A stretch of 64,000 nt of DNA from Methanobacteriota archaeon (GCA_026394495.1 JAPKYE010000028.1:6691-70690), one strand, 5' to 3'. Shown: positions 28,652 to 38,323, counted from the first letter of the stretch. Made by a program: numbers and translations. Notes: generated by a model not told the origin, from the letters alone.

Positions 28652-29806
28652 ATGATACACTGTTCGATACCCATGGCAATAAAATCACCTCTTCACCACA
28701 TCCATGAGAAACTAGGTGCGCGGTTCACAGAATTTGCTGGTTTTGAGATGCCAGTGATGTTCTCCTCAATAAAAGAAGAACACCTCGCAGTTCGAACCAG
28801 TGTTGGTTTATTTGACGTCTCCCATATGAGCAATGTATGGATCTATGGGAAAGACGCAACGAAACTTCTCAGTCTCATTACCGTGGCTGATACAGCTAAG
28901 ACCGGGGCACAACAAAGCCAATACACCGAGATACTGCGAGAAGATGGAACAATCATCGATGATACGATTTTTATGAACCTTGGAGACAAATACATGATGA
29001 TCCCTAACGCAGGGATGAATACGATTGTTGTTAAATGGTTAAATGACCAGGCGAAAAAACACAAACTTTGTGTAACGATTGAGGATGTATCTAGAGAATA
29101 CGCAATCCTTGCGATTCAGGGCCCAAAATCAAGAGACACGTTACAAAAAATCTCAGATAATGATTTGAACTCTGTTCAATTTTTCGGTTGTCAATACGCA
29201 AATATCGCTGGAGTGCCCTGCATTATATCACATACCGGATACACGGGGGAACTTGGGTTTGAATTGCAGATTACCCCACCAAAAAAAGCAGAAAAAGTGT
29301 TCAATGCAATACTGGATGCTGGAAAAGAATTCAACATCAAACCTATTGGCCTTGGTGCACGTGACACCCTGCGACTTGAGAAATACCTCATGCTTGCAGG
29401 AAACGAATTTCACGGAGGACGAACACCACTTGAAGCAACATTGGGATGGACGATCAACTGGGATCATGATTTCATCGGAAAACAAGCACTGTTGAAACAA
29501 AAAGAAAAAGGGACTTTTGAGCGAATGACATGCCTTGAATGTGTCGACAAAGGTATCCCACGGCATGGCTGTGAAATCCAGAAAGATGGGAAAACAATCG
29601 GCATCGTCACAAGCGGAACACTATCACCTTGCCTGAACATCGGGATTGCGACAGGGTATGTCCATCCAGATCACCGGGCTGAAGGAACAATTCTTGACAT
29701 CATTATTCGAGATAAACCCATCAAAGCAAAGGTGATAAAACCACCATTTGTGAAAAAAGACTGGGCGCAAAACCATCATCAGTTGGAAACATTTAAGACA
29801 CAGTAG
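28652..29806 (+). CDS. gcvT: Glycine cleavage system T protein (aminomethyltransferase)
   Basis: GcvT family (…GARFTEFAGFEMPV…GLFDVSHM…). Confidence 0.88.
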   Translation: MIHCSIPMAIKSPLHHIHEKLGARFTEFAGFEMPVMFSSIKEEHLAVRTSVGLFDVSHMSNVWIYGKDATKLLSLITVADTAKTGAQQSQYTEILREDGTIIDDTIFMNLGDKYMMIPNAGMNTIVVKWLNDQAKKHKLCVTIEDVSREYAILAIQGPKSRDTLQKISDNDLNSVQFFGCQYANIAGVPCIISHTGYTGELGFELQITPPKKAEKVFNAILDAGKEFNIKPIGLGARDTLRLEKYLMLAGNEFHGGRTPLEATLGWTINWDHDFIGKQALLKQKEKGTFERMTCLECVDKGIPRHGCEIQKDGKTIGIVTSGTLSPCLNIGIATGYVHPDHRAEGTILDIIIRDKPIKAKVIKPPFVKKDWAQNHHQLETFKTQ

Positions 29807-29829
29807 AAAATACGAAAGGATGGATTGTT

Positions 29830-30213
29830 ATGACAAGTGAAATAAAAAAGGATTTAAGATACACGAAAACCCATGAATGGTTAAAAGTAAAAGGCAAAAA
29901 CGCTGTGGTTGGCATCACGGATCATGCACAGAAAGCATTAACCGACATTGTGTTTGTTGAATTACCAGCTATTGGAAAAACTGTGAAAAAAGGCGAGGAA
30001 CTCTGCGTTGTAGAATCCGTGAAATCTGTTTCAGAGATCTATGCACCAGTCAGTGGAAAAGTCGTAAGCGTCAACAAAGAACTAGAGGATTCCCCTGAGA
30101 CAATCAACACAAGTCCGTATGATGACGGATGGCTTGTTGAGCTTGAGATGAACACAAGCGCAGAAGTTACTAGCCTGATGGACTCAGAGGCATACAAGAA
30201 AATCGCTGACTAA
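29830..30213 (+). CDS. gcvH: Glycine cleavage system H protein (lipoyl carrier)
   Basis: Lipoyl-lysine motif VESVKSVSEIYAPVSG. Confidence 0.88.
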   Translation: MTSEIKKDLRYTKTHEWLKVKGKNAVVGITDHAQKALTDIVFVELPAIGKTVKKGEELCVVESVKSVSEIYAPVSGKVVSVNKELEDSPETINTSPYDDGWLVELEMNTSAEVTSLMDSEAYKKIAD

Positions 30214-30215
30214 AA

Positions 30216-30262
30216 AAAACTGTTTTTTTCTTGTTTTCTTATTTTTTCTCAATTTTTTTTGT
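30216..30262 (+). terminator. Oligo-T tract downstream of gcvH
   Basis: ctgtttttttcttgttttcttattttttctcaatttttttt. Confidence 0.3.
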
Positions 30263-30712
30263 ACATTAGTGGACAACAACCATAATTGAGGCGCCAAGAA
30301 GAATTAAACAAACAGCAAGGGTAATCTGCATGTACATTGTTTTCTTTACATTTTTGGTTTCATCCAGTGTTTGAAAACAAGAGATGCTGGTGCTATCTTT
30401 CCTGCCGATAATGATGCATGTCATAATCATCAACCCTAATTATATTTATGTTTTCTTATTTATATTGTTTTCTGTACAATTCATACCAAAAAAACCATTT
30501 TGCTTTAACCAGCCCACAAAGAAGACTTATACCGCTTTGAACAAATGGGTTATGAAATTCTATGTAAAGAACAAATATACTTTGGATTGAAAACCAATGG
30601 ATGAATCAACTACGATGATTAAAAAGGAGGTCGAAAAAGCAAAAATGAAGAAAAACGAAAAGATGCATGCGTTACGACGGCTGAACGAATTCATCCCATC
30701 TGCAAAATATGA

Positions 30713-30892
30713 TTATCTCTTATTTTTCCCAGGTTGTTTCTTAAACCCAGCATCTATAAACTCTGCATGTTGTTTTGACCACATCTTATTTGGTGTTTTT
30801 TTCAGCCATTCAACATACAGGTCAATAAATTCCAGTCGTTCCTTCGTATTTTGTTTTTTTTTCTTATTCAATTCTTTTAAATCAATATTCAT
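30713..30892 (-). CDS. 59-aa basic hypothetical protein, translationally coupled (ATGA overlap) to the upstream nucleotidyltransferase gene; hidden under the 60-aa cutoff
   Basis: ATG overlaps the stop of the 30889..31524 ORF; MNIDLKELNKKKKQNTKERLEFIDLYVEWLKKTPNKMWSKQHAEFIDAGFKKQPGKNKR. Confidence 0.35.
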   Translation of the reverse strand: MNIDLKELNKKKKQNTKERLEFIDLYVEWLKKTPNKMWSKQHAEFIDAGFKKQPGKNKR

Positions 30893-31524
30893 TGTAAACC
30901 CTTCAAATATCTCTTTACCAAGGTTTTTTTAATTCTGAACGATGCGATAAAGGTATTCAGTTTTCCCACATCAAGCTGCTCTCGTAACAGATCAAATAGA
31001 AATTTTGCATCCTCAAAATCCTTATCTGAACCAAGATACATCTTATACGCAATCTGCATTTCCAATGGAGAAATCCTCAGAGAATTGCCATTTAATACCA
31101 ATGTTTTCGCCTGAGTGATACTTATACAGTCGTCGTCCCCATGGACAAATTTGAGCTCAATATTTTGGATAAAGGAACCCTTATTCGCGAAACGTATCCC
31201 ACATCCTTCAGAGAGATACTCCACATATGCATCATTAGGGTCTGAGGTGTTTACGCAGTCATATCGTTTGATAACATCGCTCCAGAGTACATTGAAGATT
31301 GCTTGAGATGTTTTTTCAACGATAACATCAACATTTTCCGTGTTTCTGCTCCTCCCAAAAACAATAGCGACATATCCAGAGACTATCACATAATTCACAT
31401 GATGTTTATCAAGGAGTTTAACAAAATCGATTACAAAATGATCCAGCAGGGATAGTTCTCGGTTGAAAATGATTTTGTTTCCCGCAACAGTGAGTTCCAC
31501 GCAGTTCACCAATAAGATGGACAA
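30889..31524 (-). CDS. Minimal nucleotidyltransferase-fold protein (AbiEii/MNT-like)
   Basis: NTase motif SGYVAIVFGRSRNTENVDVIV (G-x-R-x-T-x-D-x-D type) and C-terminal ISPLEMQIAYKMYLGSDKDFEDAKFLFDLL helix typical of the family. Confidence 0.55.
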   Translation of the reverse strand: MSILLVNCVELTVAGNKIIFNRELSLLDHFVIDFVKLLDKHHVNYVIVSGYVAIVFGRSRNTENVDVIVEKTSQAIFNVLWSDVIKRYDCVNTSDPNDAYVEYLSEGCGIRFANKGSFIQNIELKFVHGDDDCISITQAKTLVLNGNSLRISPLEMQIAYKMYLGSDKDFEDAKFLFDLLREQLDVGKLNTFIASFRIKKTLVKRYLKGLQ

Positions 31525-31655
31525 CCCCTAAAAACCTTGGTTGTTTTCTCCATATGTACACAATAGTATAGACTCTGATAAACTTTCCGTTTGTTTTGTT
31601 TATTTTCTTGAAAACTTTTAAAAGAGGCTAGTATATCCCCTTCGCATCGCATATA

Positions 31656-32351
31656 TTGGGGGAAAGAAATATGAGTGCTTCAGAAAAAAGGAAACGAGCG
31701 GGTAATCCGCCTTCAACGCAACCAAAAAAATCTTCACGGAAATGGATTATTTCCTTATTCGTTATTTTCATCTTATGCATCGCGGCAGTAGCATTTGTTT
31801 TACTTCAGAAACCATCTTCCAACAACGGAAATACCCCAGTGCCTGAAGGGAATCCTATCGCAGTATTTAACACGAGTAAAGGAACGTTTAAAGTTAAATT
31901 ATATAAAGATAAAATGCCGATAACGACAGATAATTTCGTGAAGTTGATAAATGATAAATTCTATGATGGCCTGATTTTTCATAGAATAAGCGATAACTTT
32001 ATGATTCAAGCTGGACGGTATTTCCCAGATGGCTCACAAAAAACTAATCCTTATGCAAATATTGCGTTTGAGACAAGTGATGTGACGCATGTTGATGGGG
32101 CGATCTCAATGGCAAGCACTGGGACAAAAGTTGGAGGAGGAGCAGAATTTTTTATTTGCGATGGGGCTCGACATGGGTTGGATGGTAGTTATGCAGCATT
32201 TGGTGTAGTAACTGAAGGGATGACTGTTGTTCAAACGATTGCTGCAACTGAACACGATAGAAGTTTAGAACCAACTCCCGAAAATCCTACTCTTCCGGGT
32301 GGAGGTAAACCCCTCCAAGATATCACCATTCATTCAATTCGAATAGAATAA
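31656..32351 (+). CDS. Cyclophilin-type peptidyl-prolyl cis-trans isomerase with N-terminal membrane anchor
   Basis: TM segment then cyclophilin core (…[13 protein letters not shown]…). Confidence 0.8.
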   Translation: MGERNMSASEKRKRAGNPPSTQPKKSSRKWIISLFVIFILCIAAVAFVLLQKPSSNNGNTPVPEGNPIAVFNTSKGTFKVKLYKDKMPITTDNFVKLINDKFYDGLIFHRISDNFMIQAGRYFPDGSQKTNPYANIAFETSDVTHVDGAISMASTGTKVGGGAEFFICDGARHGLDGSYAAFGVVTEGMTVVQTIAATEHDRSLEPTPENPTLPGGGKPLQDITIHSIRIE

Positions 32352-32364
32352 GGAGAAAAAACCT

Positions 32365-32853
32365 ATGACAAATAAAATAGCAGTTTTTGAAACAAACAAA
32401 GGCAAATTTAATGTTGAACTTTTTGAAGACAAAGCACCATTGACTACCGGGAATTTCATCAAACTCGTAAATAAAGGGTTCTATAACGGATTAGTTTTTC
32501 ATCGAGTGATCCCTGATTTTATGGTACAGACCGGATGCCCCAAAGGCGTAGGCACAGGTGGACCAGGATACGCAATCAAGGATGAGTTCCATAACGACCT
32601 CAGCAACGTGCGTGGGACGCTTTCCATGGCGAACAGTGGACCAAATACCGGTGGCAGTCAGTTTTTCATTAACGTTATCGACAACACATTTCTTGATTTC
32701 AACAAACCACCGTCGTCCAGTAAACATCCGGTGTTTGGAAAAGTTGTTTCAGGGATGGATATCGTTGATACCATCTCTAAGATGAAAACCGGACAAAATG
32801 ACAAACCTGTTGAAACCATCATCATTAAAACAATTACCATAAAAAACCCGTGA
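32365..32853 (+). CDS. Cyclophilin-type peptidyl-prolyl cis-trans isomerase (cytoplasmic)
   Basis: …[22 protein letters not shown]…GSQFFI… cyclophilin signatures. Confidence 0.85.
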   Translation: MTNKIAVFETNKGKFNVELFEDKAPLTTGNFIKLVNKGFYNGLVFHRVIPDFMVQTGCPKGVGTGGPGYAIKDEFHNDLSNVRGTLSMANSGPNTGGSQFFINVIDNTFLDFNKPPSSSKHPVFGKVVSGMDIVDTISKMKTGQNDKPVETIIIKTITIKNP

Positions 32854-32857
32854 AACG

Positions 32858-33346
32858 GTGAGATGTATGAGTATTCTTTCTGACAACGACATCGAGCAGC
32901 TGATGCAAAAAGATGAACTGGGGATAGAGCCGTTCCAAGAAAAAAATCTTACGCCGAACGGATATGACCTATCAATCGAAGAAGTATATATAAAGAAAAC
33001 AGAACAGCATATCAAAGAAGGAGTAGCGGTAATCCCGCCGCTCACATGGTTTGCGATCAGCACCAAAGAATTTGTTAAAATGGGGTCGAAAATCACGTCT
33101 CAACTGTGGATTAGATCAAGCTATGCACGCAGAGGAATCATGGCAAGCTTCGGAAAAGTCGATGCAGGGTTTCATGGGACATTGACAATCAGTTGTTTTA
33201 ATGCAAATGACACTGAGGTAGAGATACCGGTTGGGGACCGGTTCTGCCAGATTGTTTTCGAGAGTCTTTTGTCTGAACCAAAAGCACTGTACAGTAAACG
33301 ATCAGGGACATATCAGAATCAAAGAGGAGTTACACTAAAACGGTGA
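32858..33346 (+). CDS. dcd: dCTP deaminase (dUTPase superfamily)
   Basis: N-terminal ILSDNDIEQL and trimeric dUTPase-like motifs. Confidence 0.8.
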   Translation: MRCMSILSDNDIEQLMQKDELGIEPFQEKNLTPNGYDLSIEEVYIKKTEQHIKEGVAVIPPLTWFAISTKEFVKMGSKITSQLWIRSSYARRGIMASFGKVDAGFHGTLTISCFNANDTEVEIPVGDRFCQIVFESLLSEPKALYSKRSGTYQNQRGVTLKR

Positions 33347-33369
33347 GTTATCTTTTCTCATCAGGTATT

Positions 33370-33663
33370 TTATACTTTTTTAATGGCAATAGTCCTTGGA
33401 TTAAAATATGAAAAATACCTACCGGATTTTGTAACTCTGTTGTCTTTTTTTGCGATACGGACTTCCATGCAAATTTTCCAAAATTCAACTGCAAAGACGG
33501 CAAAAAAAACGAGGAGACCAAATTTAAAAATAGTGATGATCCAGAAAATAATATAAAAAGATGGTATTAATCCACCTATAATAATTAAAAGAAAAAAGTA
33601 GGGGTGTATAAACATATAGAGAATTTCGTCGTCTGTTTCTTTGCGTTGAAAGAATAAATACAT
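33370..33663 (-). CDS. Small hypothetical membrane protein
   Basis: Two predicted TM helices; ORF only. Confidence 0.35.
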   Translation of the reverse strand: MYLFFQRKETDDEILYMFIHPYFFLLIIIGGLIPSFYIIFWIITIFKFGLLVFFAVFAVEFWKICMEVRIAKKDNRVTKSGRYFSYFNPRTIAIKKV

Positions 33664-33704
33664 TGTTCAAAAATATGTCATAATCCTATATAAAATTTCT
33701 TGTA

Positions 33705-34478
33705 TTATAATTGCAGTACTTTTCGTGCAAACGTAAGATACCCGGTATGCCCAAGCATATCAAAACTCGGACGCGTCCCATGCTCCGAGACAATCATCTC
33801 CCGCTGGATATTCTCCATGGTTTTTATTTCGATAAACGGTTTCTGATGCAACGCATTCACAGTCAGTTCCACTTGGCTAATCAACGGGGAATACGCACAG
33901 AAATACCCGCTGACCTTCAACGCATTCCATGCATGAGAAACAGCATCCCAAGGGTCTGGGATATCAAGGATTACTGCATCCAGGTTTTCTTCATCAATCC
34001 CTAAGGTCACATCCTTTTGTTTTGTTGTCACAAAACCATCAAGCCCAGAATGTCTGAGGTTTTCCATTGCATGCTCAATGAAATCCTCACGAAGATCATA
34101 CGAAATCACATTGCCCGTTGGTGCAACCGCTGTTGCAAGAACCGTTGTAAGCGAACCTGAACCAATGCCTGCCTCAAGGACGATCTGACCTGATTCAATA
34201 GCACAATTCATGATGATATGAGCAGCATCCCGGGGAAGAATAATCTGCGCACGACGTTTCACACAGGTGAGTTTATCTTTTAACGAAGGAGCAACAACCC
34301 AGAATAATTTATTGCCCAACTCAATTTTTTTCCCATACGTTTTTCCAACCAATGATGATGGATCCAATACGCCAACACCCCGTATTTTATCGGTTTTTCC
34401 AGAGGTATGAACAAGATATTTCCGATACGCCGAATCAATAAGAACAACAATATCCCCCATCTCCACATTTGTCTTCAT
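33705..34478 (-). CDS. trmI: tRNA (adenine57/58-N1)-methyltransferase TrmI (Gcd14 family)
   Basis: GCD14 N-terminal beta-domain + SAM-binding LEAGIGSGSLT motif. Confidence 0.8.
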   Translation of the reverse strand: MKTNVEMGDIVVLIDSAYRKYLVHTSGKTDKIRGVGVLDPSSLVGKTYGKKIELGNKLFWVVAPSLKDKLTCVKRRAQIILPRDAAHIIMNCAIESGQIVLEAGIGSGSLTTVLATAVAPTGNVISYDLREDFIEHAMENLRHSGLDGFVTTKQKDVTLGIDEENLDAVILDIPDPWDAVSHAWNALKVSGYFCAYSPLISQVELTVNALHQKPFIEIKTMENIQREMIVSEHGTRPSFDMLGHTGYLTFARKVLQL

Positions 34479-35524
34479 CGCATTTCACCTGAAAAATCAA
34501 CACAAGACCCAAAACCAAGGCTTTCAAGGTTACGCTGATCCAGCCACTGCTCTTTACAACCACAGGAGAGATCATCAAACACATGGATATCCTGAGAAAG
34601 AGAAAACATACGAATCGCGGTAAGAACACCAGTATCACAGGTTCTACAGTTATGCGCACCTCTGATGCTTCCCCCACCAGTGACATCACATTGGATTCTA
34701 ACCGTCCCAACAAGGTTTTTCGTGCTTTTCAAGATTTCCACAACACTCCACAGCCACGGCGGCCGGTATTGTCTACGTCTCCACAAATGTTCCACAACCG
34801 TACGTCGTTGAACATTCACCGGATTCAACGAAATCGTATCAGAATACGATGCAACAGCTTGAATGGTACTGATGCCATCATTGAGTGCTTCTTCTTCTGA
34901 AAGAAACGGCGGTTTCACAAGCACATAGGTTTTCACCTTGCAATGATATTTTTTAAGAAGCATTGCAGCTTTTTTGTAATCATCGAAAACAAACCCTTTG
35001 TTTATTGCATGTTCTCGTATGAAATCGTTAGATGTCTCAAGCCCGATGCCGACCTCAAGAGTCTTCTGACGAATAAGTTTAGTTACGTCCGATAACGTCT
35101 CATCAGTGATGTATTCTGGCCTTGATTCAACAACTATTTTTTGGGTCTTTTCTGCGAGATCTAAAAGAATCTTTGTACGAACCGATACAGGTATCTCACA
35201 TTCATCAAAAAAACTCCCTGACGTAAAAATTTTCACAATAGGCTGCCCGGTGTATTTCTCCATCGCAGCAGTATATTGTTTCATCAGCTCATCAGAAGAA
35301 ACACTGCTTAATGCGCTGTCGTTGAAATATCCGCACATACTGCACCCCGACTGAAGCGCCCAAGTGCATCCACGGGTCCGAAGAATCATCACAAACGCAT
35401 CAACAACAGTTCCATTCAACAAATCTTTTTCAGACCAAAAACTCACTGGTTTATCCTTATCGAACGGTTTTTTTGAATGATGTTCCTCTTTGAGGTTTTT
35501 ACAAAAACGAAACAGTTCATTCAT
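34475..35524 (-). CDS. Radical SAM protein, TIGR01210-like; candidate archaeosine synthase beta subunit (RaSEA)
   Basis: Cys cluster RTRGCTWALQSGCSMCGY near the N-terminus; ~350 aa; arcS nearby. Confidence 0.5.
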   Translation of the reverse strand: MNELFRFCKNLKEEHHSKKPFDKDKPVSFWSEKDLLNGTVVDAFVMILRTRGCTWALQSGCSMCGYFNDSALSSVSSDELMKQYTAAMEKYTGQPIVKIFTSGSFFDECEIPVSVRTKILLDLAEKTQKIVVESRPEYITDETLSDVTKLIRQKTLEVGIGLETSNDFIREHAINKGFVFDDYKKAAMLLKKYHCKVKTYVLVKPPFLSEEEALNDGISTIQAVASYSDTISLNPVNVQRRTVVEHLWRRRQYRPPWLWSVVEILKSTKNLVGTVRIQCDVTGGGSIRGAHNCRTCDTGVLTAIRMFSLSQDIHVFDDLSCGCKEQWLDQRNLESLGFGSCVDFSGEMR

Positions 35525-36651
35525 ATCGTTTTCTTTTTCCTCTTCACCACAAACAGGAACAATGCAACACCGATAGCAGAGAGAAATACGATAGCTTCAA
35601 ACCCTGGAACCGGAATTGGCCGATACTGCGGCAAAACAACAGATGGTCCTAGATCTTTTGCGATACTATCAGAGCCAACCTGGAAATAATACTGCTGCGA
35701 ATCAACGATCGTGTTGTTAAATGCTTGATCCAGATGATCAAAATAGATAATGACCTGAGCATACGCATGAACAGTCACATTCTTGTTTTTCTCCCAACCA
35801 ATGTATTTCGGATAGGACTTATAAAAATCTCCTTCTTTTGTTGCGTTGATCTCAAGGCCATCATCAACCGTGTAGTAAACCCGACTTACGTTACCTCTCA
35901 CATCAAAAGACAGTGCTGATGCATACGTAACCATGGGACCCGGGGCAATGTCTGCTCCAGCAGGATCGGGTAATCTGATGGTATCGTTATCATAGATAAA
36001 AGAGCCTTGAACGACAGTTGAATGCCCACCTCTATCCTTTGCAGTAATAGTACAATAATACGTTCCCATCATGTTTGTTGGGTTCTCATAGGTGTACGAA
36101 AGAATACTTTTTTCAAAACTGAAAACAGGAGACTGGTTTGTCCCATCAGGAAATTCAATAGTTAAGCTGATATCTTGAATGTTGACGCCGACGTTATCCG
36201 TGATTTTCGCAAGGATCTTAACAGTGCCACCAGCTTCCTGCAACTGTGGTAAACTGACTGCATTCACATTTGGTGGAACATCATCGTAAAAAGGTGGATT
36301 CACAAGTACGATAAGAAGAATAATCCACGTTAAAAAATATGTTGAATACGTCCCTAGCCAACCTTTCCTACCAAAATCAGCCAAATCAATATTCAAACGA
36401 AGGAAAAGATAACGAATCCATGCAGCATTAAAAACACCAAAAAGCAAGACAAGCTCCCATCGAAGGAAACTAGCAGAGAGAAGCGCCCAGAACCCAAAGG
36501 AAATCACAGCGACAATACAACCAAAAAGAAATGCGATGACCGTGGTTTTAATATTACGTCGTTCTCGCTTCAGAAATGCTACCTCGTCAAACTTAGGGAG
36601 TTTAAAATCAAATTCCTCTTCGTCAGACTCTTCTTTTCGTTTCTTTGCCAT
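35521..36651 (-). CDS. Membrane-anchored surface protein with N-terminal TM bundle, extracellular N-glycosylation-rich domain and PGF-CTERM archaeosortase sorting signal
   Basis: C-terminus PGFEAIVFLSAIGVALFLFVVKRKKKTI is the PGF-CTERM tripartite pattern; many N-x-S/T sequons. Confidence 0.6.
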   Translation of the reverse strand: MAKKRKEESDEEEFDFKLPKFDEVAFLKRERRNIKTTVIAFLFGCIVAVISFGFWALLSASFLRWELVLLFGVFNAAWIRYLFLRLNIDLADFGRKGWLGTYSTYFLTWIILLIVLVNPPFYDDVPPNVNAVSLPQLQEAGGTVKILAKITDNVGVNIQDISLTIEFPDGTNQSPVFSFEKSILSYTYENPTNMMGTYYCTITAKDRGGHSTVVQGSFIYDNDTIRLPDPAGADIAPGPMVTYASALSFDVRGNVSRVYYTVDDGLEINATKEGDFYKSYPKYIGWEKNKNVTVHAYAQVIIYFDHLDQAFNNTIVDSQQYYFQVGSDSIAKDLGPSVVLPQYRPIPVPGFEAIVFLSAIGVALFLFVVKRKKKTI

Positions 36652-36721
36652 AGGCCTTCAAGAGGTCGCATAAAGAGTAGTTGTTTAAAAGCATTTTCCC
36701 GTAGAAAAAAGGGTTTTTTGG

Positions 36722-36931
36722 TTATTTCATGATGATTTTAAATTCATCTATCTCTTCAAGAAGCGCTAGGTTTTTACCATTATCCCACTTAATTTTTATA
36801 AGACGATCACCAAGTTCCCCCTCGATTTCAGTGACAACACCCTGATCACCGGGTTTTAACTTTGTCAATTCATCAGTAGTGAATATTAGTTCAATTCTGT
36901 CGCCGACCTTTACCGCTGTTTTTATTCCCAT
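36722..36931 (-). CDS. DUF4314-like small protein (69 aa)
   Basis: VGDRIELIF…LKPGDQGVVTEI…IKIKWDNGKNLALL pattern typical of DUF4314. Confidence 0.5.
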   Translation of the reverse strand: MGIKTAVKVGDRIELIFTTDELTKLKPGDQGVVTEIEGELGDRLIKIKWDNGKNLALLEEIDEFKIIMK

Positions 36932-36972
36932 ATTTTATTTTCTCCTCCCTCTTTTATAAAAAATTTGAGGTA

Positions 36973-37044
36973 TGCGGGCACCGGGATTCGAACCCGGGCA
37001 AACAGCTTGGGAAGCTGCAATCATAACCACTAGATCATACCCGC
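36973..37044 (-). tRNA. tRNA-Gly (anticodon CCC)
   Basis: Reverse complement GCGGGTATGATCTAGTGGTTATGATTGCAGCTTCCCAAGCTGTTTGCCCGGGTTCGAATCCCGGTGCCCGC folds as a cloverleaf: 7-bp acceptor, D-arm, anticodon loop UUCCCAA, T-arm GGTTCGAATCC; A discriminator. Confidence 0.85.
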
Positions 37045-37047
37045 AAG
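37024..37047 (+). repeat. 24-bp direct repeat copy A (tRNA-Gly 5' end nt 1-21 + 3 nt flank), putative att core
   Basis: TAACCACTAGATCATACCCGCAAG identical to 38130-38153. Confidence 0.7.
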
Positions 37048-38129
37048 TTACATGTTCATAGCTGAAACACATGTTCGTAGCTGATTTAAACATAACCGAC
37101 AACATGTAAATCCTTTTCTTTTTTATGCAATAGGTTCATACTTTGCTTGTAGATTTCTAGGTTGATTTCTCCCTTTAAAAACCGACATAACACAGTGCTT
37201 AAACAGAATATAAAACATTTCGATAGACAATCATAACATACGTACTATCCAATGAAGTAACCAAAACTTAGTGTTGACGGTAGTGGGTTCCAATGTGTCG
37301 TCGCCTGGAAATGAATCTCAAGGGTCCCTATATGGTCACCTTCAACAGCACCTTCAGGGATGTTAATTGATATCTGCACCCATACAAAATCAGCTCTCCC
37401 TGATGATGCATTTACATCACTTTGCGAATATCTCACATGTGCAGATCCATCCCAACTCGTAGAAACAGTGACTCCGTCAGAACTCATGCTACTCACATTA
37501 CCATCACCTGTATCTAGCGTCCATGCCGTCGTACTCTTAGAATAATAACTTGTCCCGTTATTGTACATGAACACACAGCTGGCATCTTCCTCAGCCCTCT
37601 GATCGCGGTCTCCATGCAGCCACACCTGCATATAATCATTCATACCACTTGTATTTGAAACCGTTATACGTGTGATATTCACATCAAAAGGTTCCTCGTT
37701 TACGATCGCAAAAGCTGCGGTATATGTCTTGTTCATACCTGCAGACCAATCACCAAAATCAAGTCTCACTATTGCGTTGGTATTGCTGTTGCCGCTGGCG
37801 CGAAGAACACGCAACCCATCAGTTGATGAATTGTCTGATCCAATAAAGCGAATATCTGCTTTGCTTGGATGGACAACTGCACATTGGATTGGTACCTTGG
37901 CCGTGGCATACTGACTGGCAAATACTATGCTCAGTAGAATAACTAGTATACCTACTACTAAGAAACGTGCATCCAAGGGAAATCCTATCCTTTTTTTCCA
38001 AAAAATTATTTTTAATGATGTCGTATGCAGATTGATATCCTTATAAAGTAGATAAATGTAATGTATTTTAGATATAAACAATAACACCATATATTGGCAG
38101 TATAAATTAATGAAAAATAGTGGTTTTCT
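37048..38129 (+). mobile_element. 1.08-kb segment bounded by 24-bp direct repeats at a tRNA gene: putative remnant of a tRNA-targeted integrated element carrying one secreted-protein gene
   Basis: Exact 24-bp direct repeats overlapping the tRNA-Gly 5' end; no integrase within. Confidence 0.35.
37245..38090 (-). CDS. Secreted/membrane-anchored Asn/Ser/Thr-rich protein with many N-glycosylation sequons (hypothetical); true start probably internal, near the hydrophobic segment
   Basis: Signal-like KKRIGFPLDARFLVVGILVILLSIVFASQYATA; numerous NxS/T; lies inside the repeat-bounded segment. Confidence 0.45.
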   Translation of the reverse strand: MVLLFISKIHYIYLLYKDINLHTTSLKIIFWKKRIGFPLDARFLVVGILVILLSIVFASQYATAKVPIQCAVVHPSKADIRFIGSDNSSTDGLRVLRASGNSNTNAIVRLDFGDWSAGMNKTYTAAFAIVNEEPFDVNITRITVSNTSGMNDYMQVWLHGDRDQRAEEDASCVFMYNNGTSYYSKSTTAWTLDTGDGNVSSMSSDGVTVSTSWDGSAHVRYSQSDVNASSGRADFVWVQISINIPEGAVEGDHIGTLEIHFQATTHWNPLPSTLSFGYFIG

Positions 38130-38153
38130 CCTGTAGACTTAACCACTAGATCA
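38130..38153 (+). repeat. 24-bp direct repeat copy B (partial tRNA-Gly 5' fragment)
   Basis: Identical to 37024-37047. Confidence 0.7.
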
Positions 38154-38323
38154 TACCCGCAAGAGAGACTTTCTGTAGTTCATGGATAGTATTTCTATTC
38201 AAATCCTTTTCTTTGTTTACCACACAGGGCATTAACGATTTTAAAACATTAAATCTTATGCCCATTGTAGTTGTTTCTTATAAAACGAAATTAAAATAAG
38301 CTATGTATTTCTTCTGATGTATC

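Noticed and set aside
30597-30932. 111-aa plus-strand ORF from the table
   Set aside because: C-terminal half is poly-Phe/low complexity derived from an A/T homopolymer region. The opposite strand encodes a 59-aa ORF translationally coupled to the NTase gene, which is the more parsimonious coding assignment (uncertain).
38130-38153. Split/half tRNA gene
   Set aside because: Only 21 nt of tRNA sequence (acceptor 5' strand + D-arm) with no anticodon stem; better explained as an att-type direct repeat.
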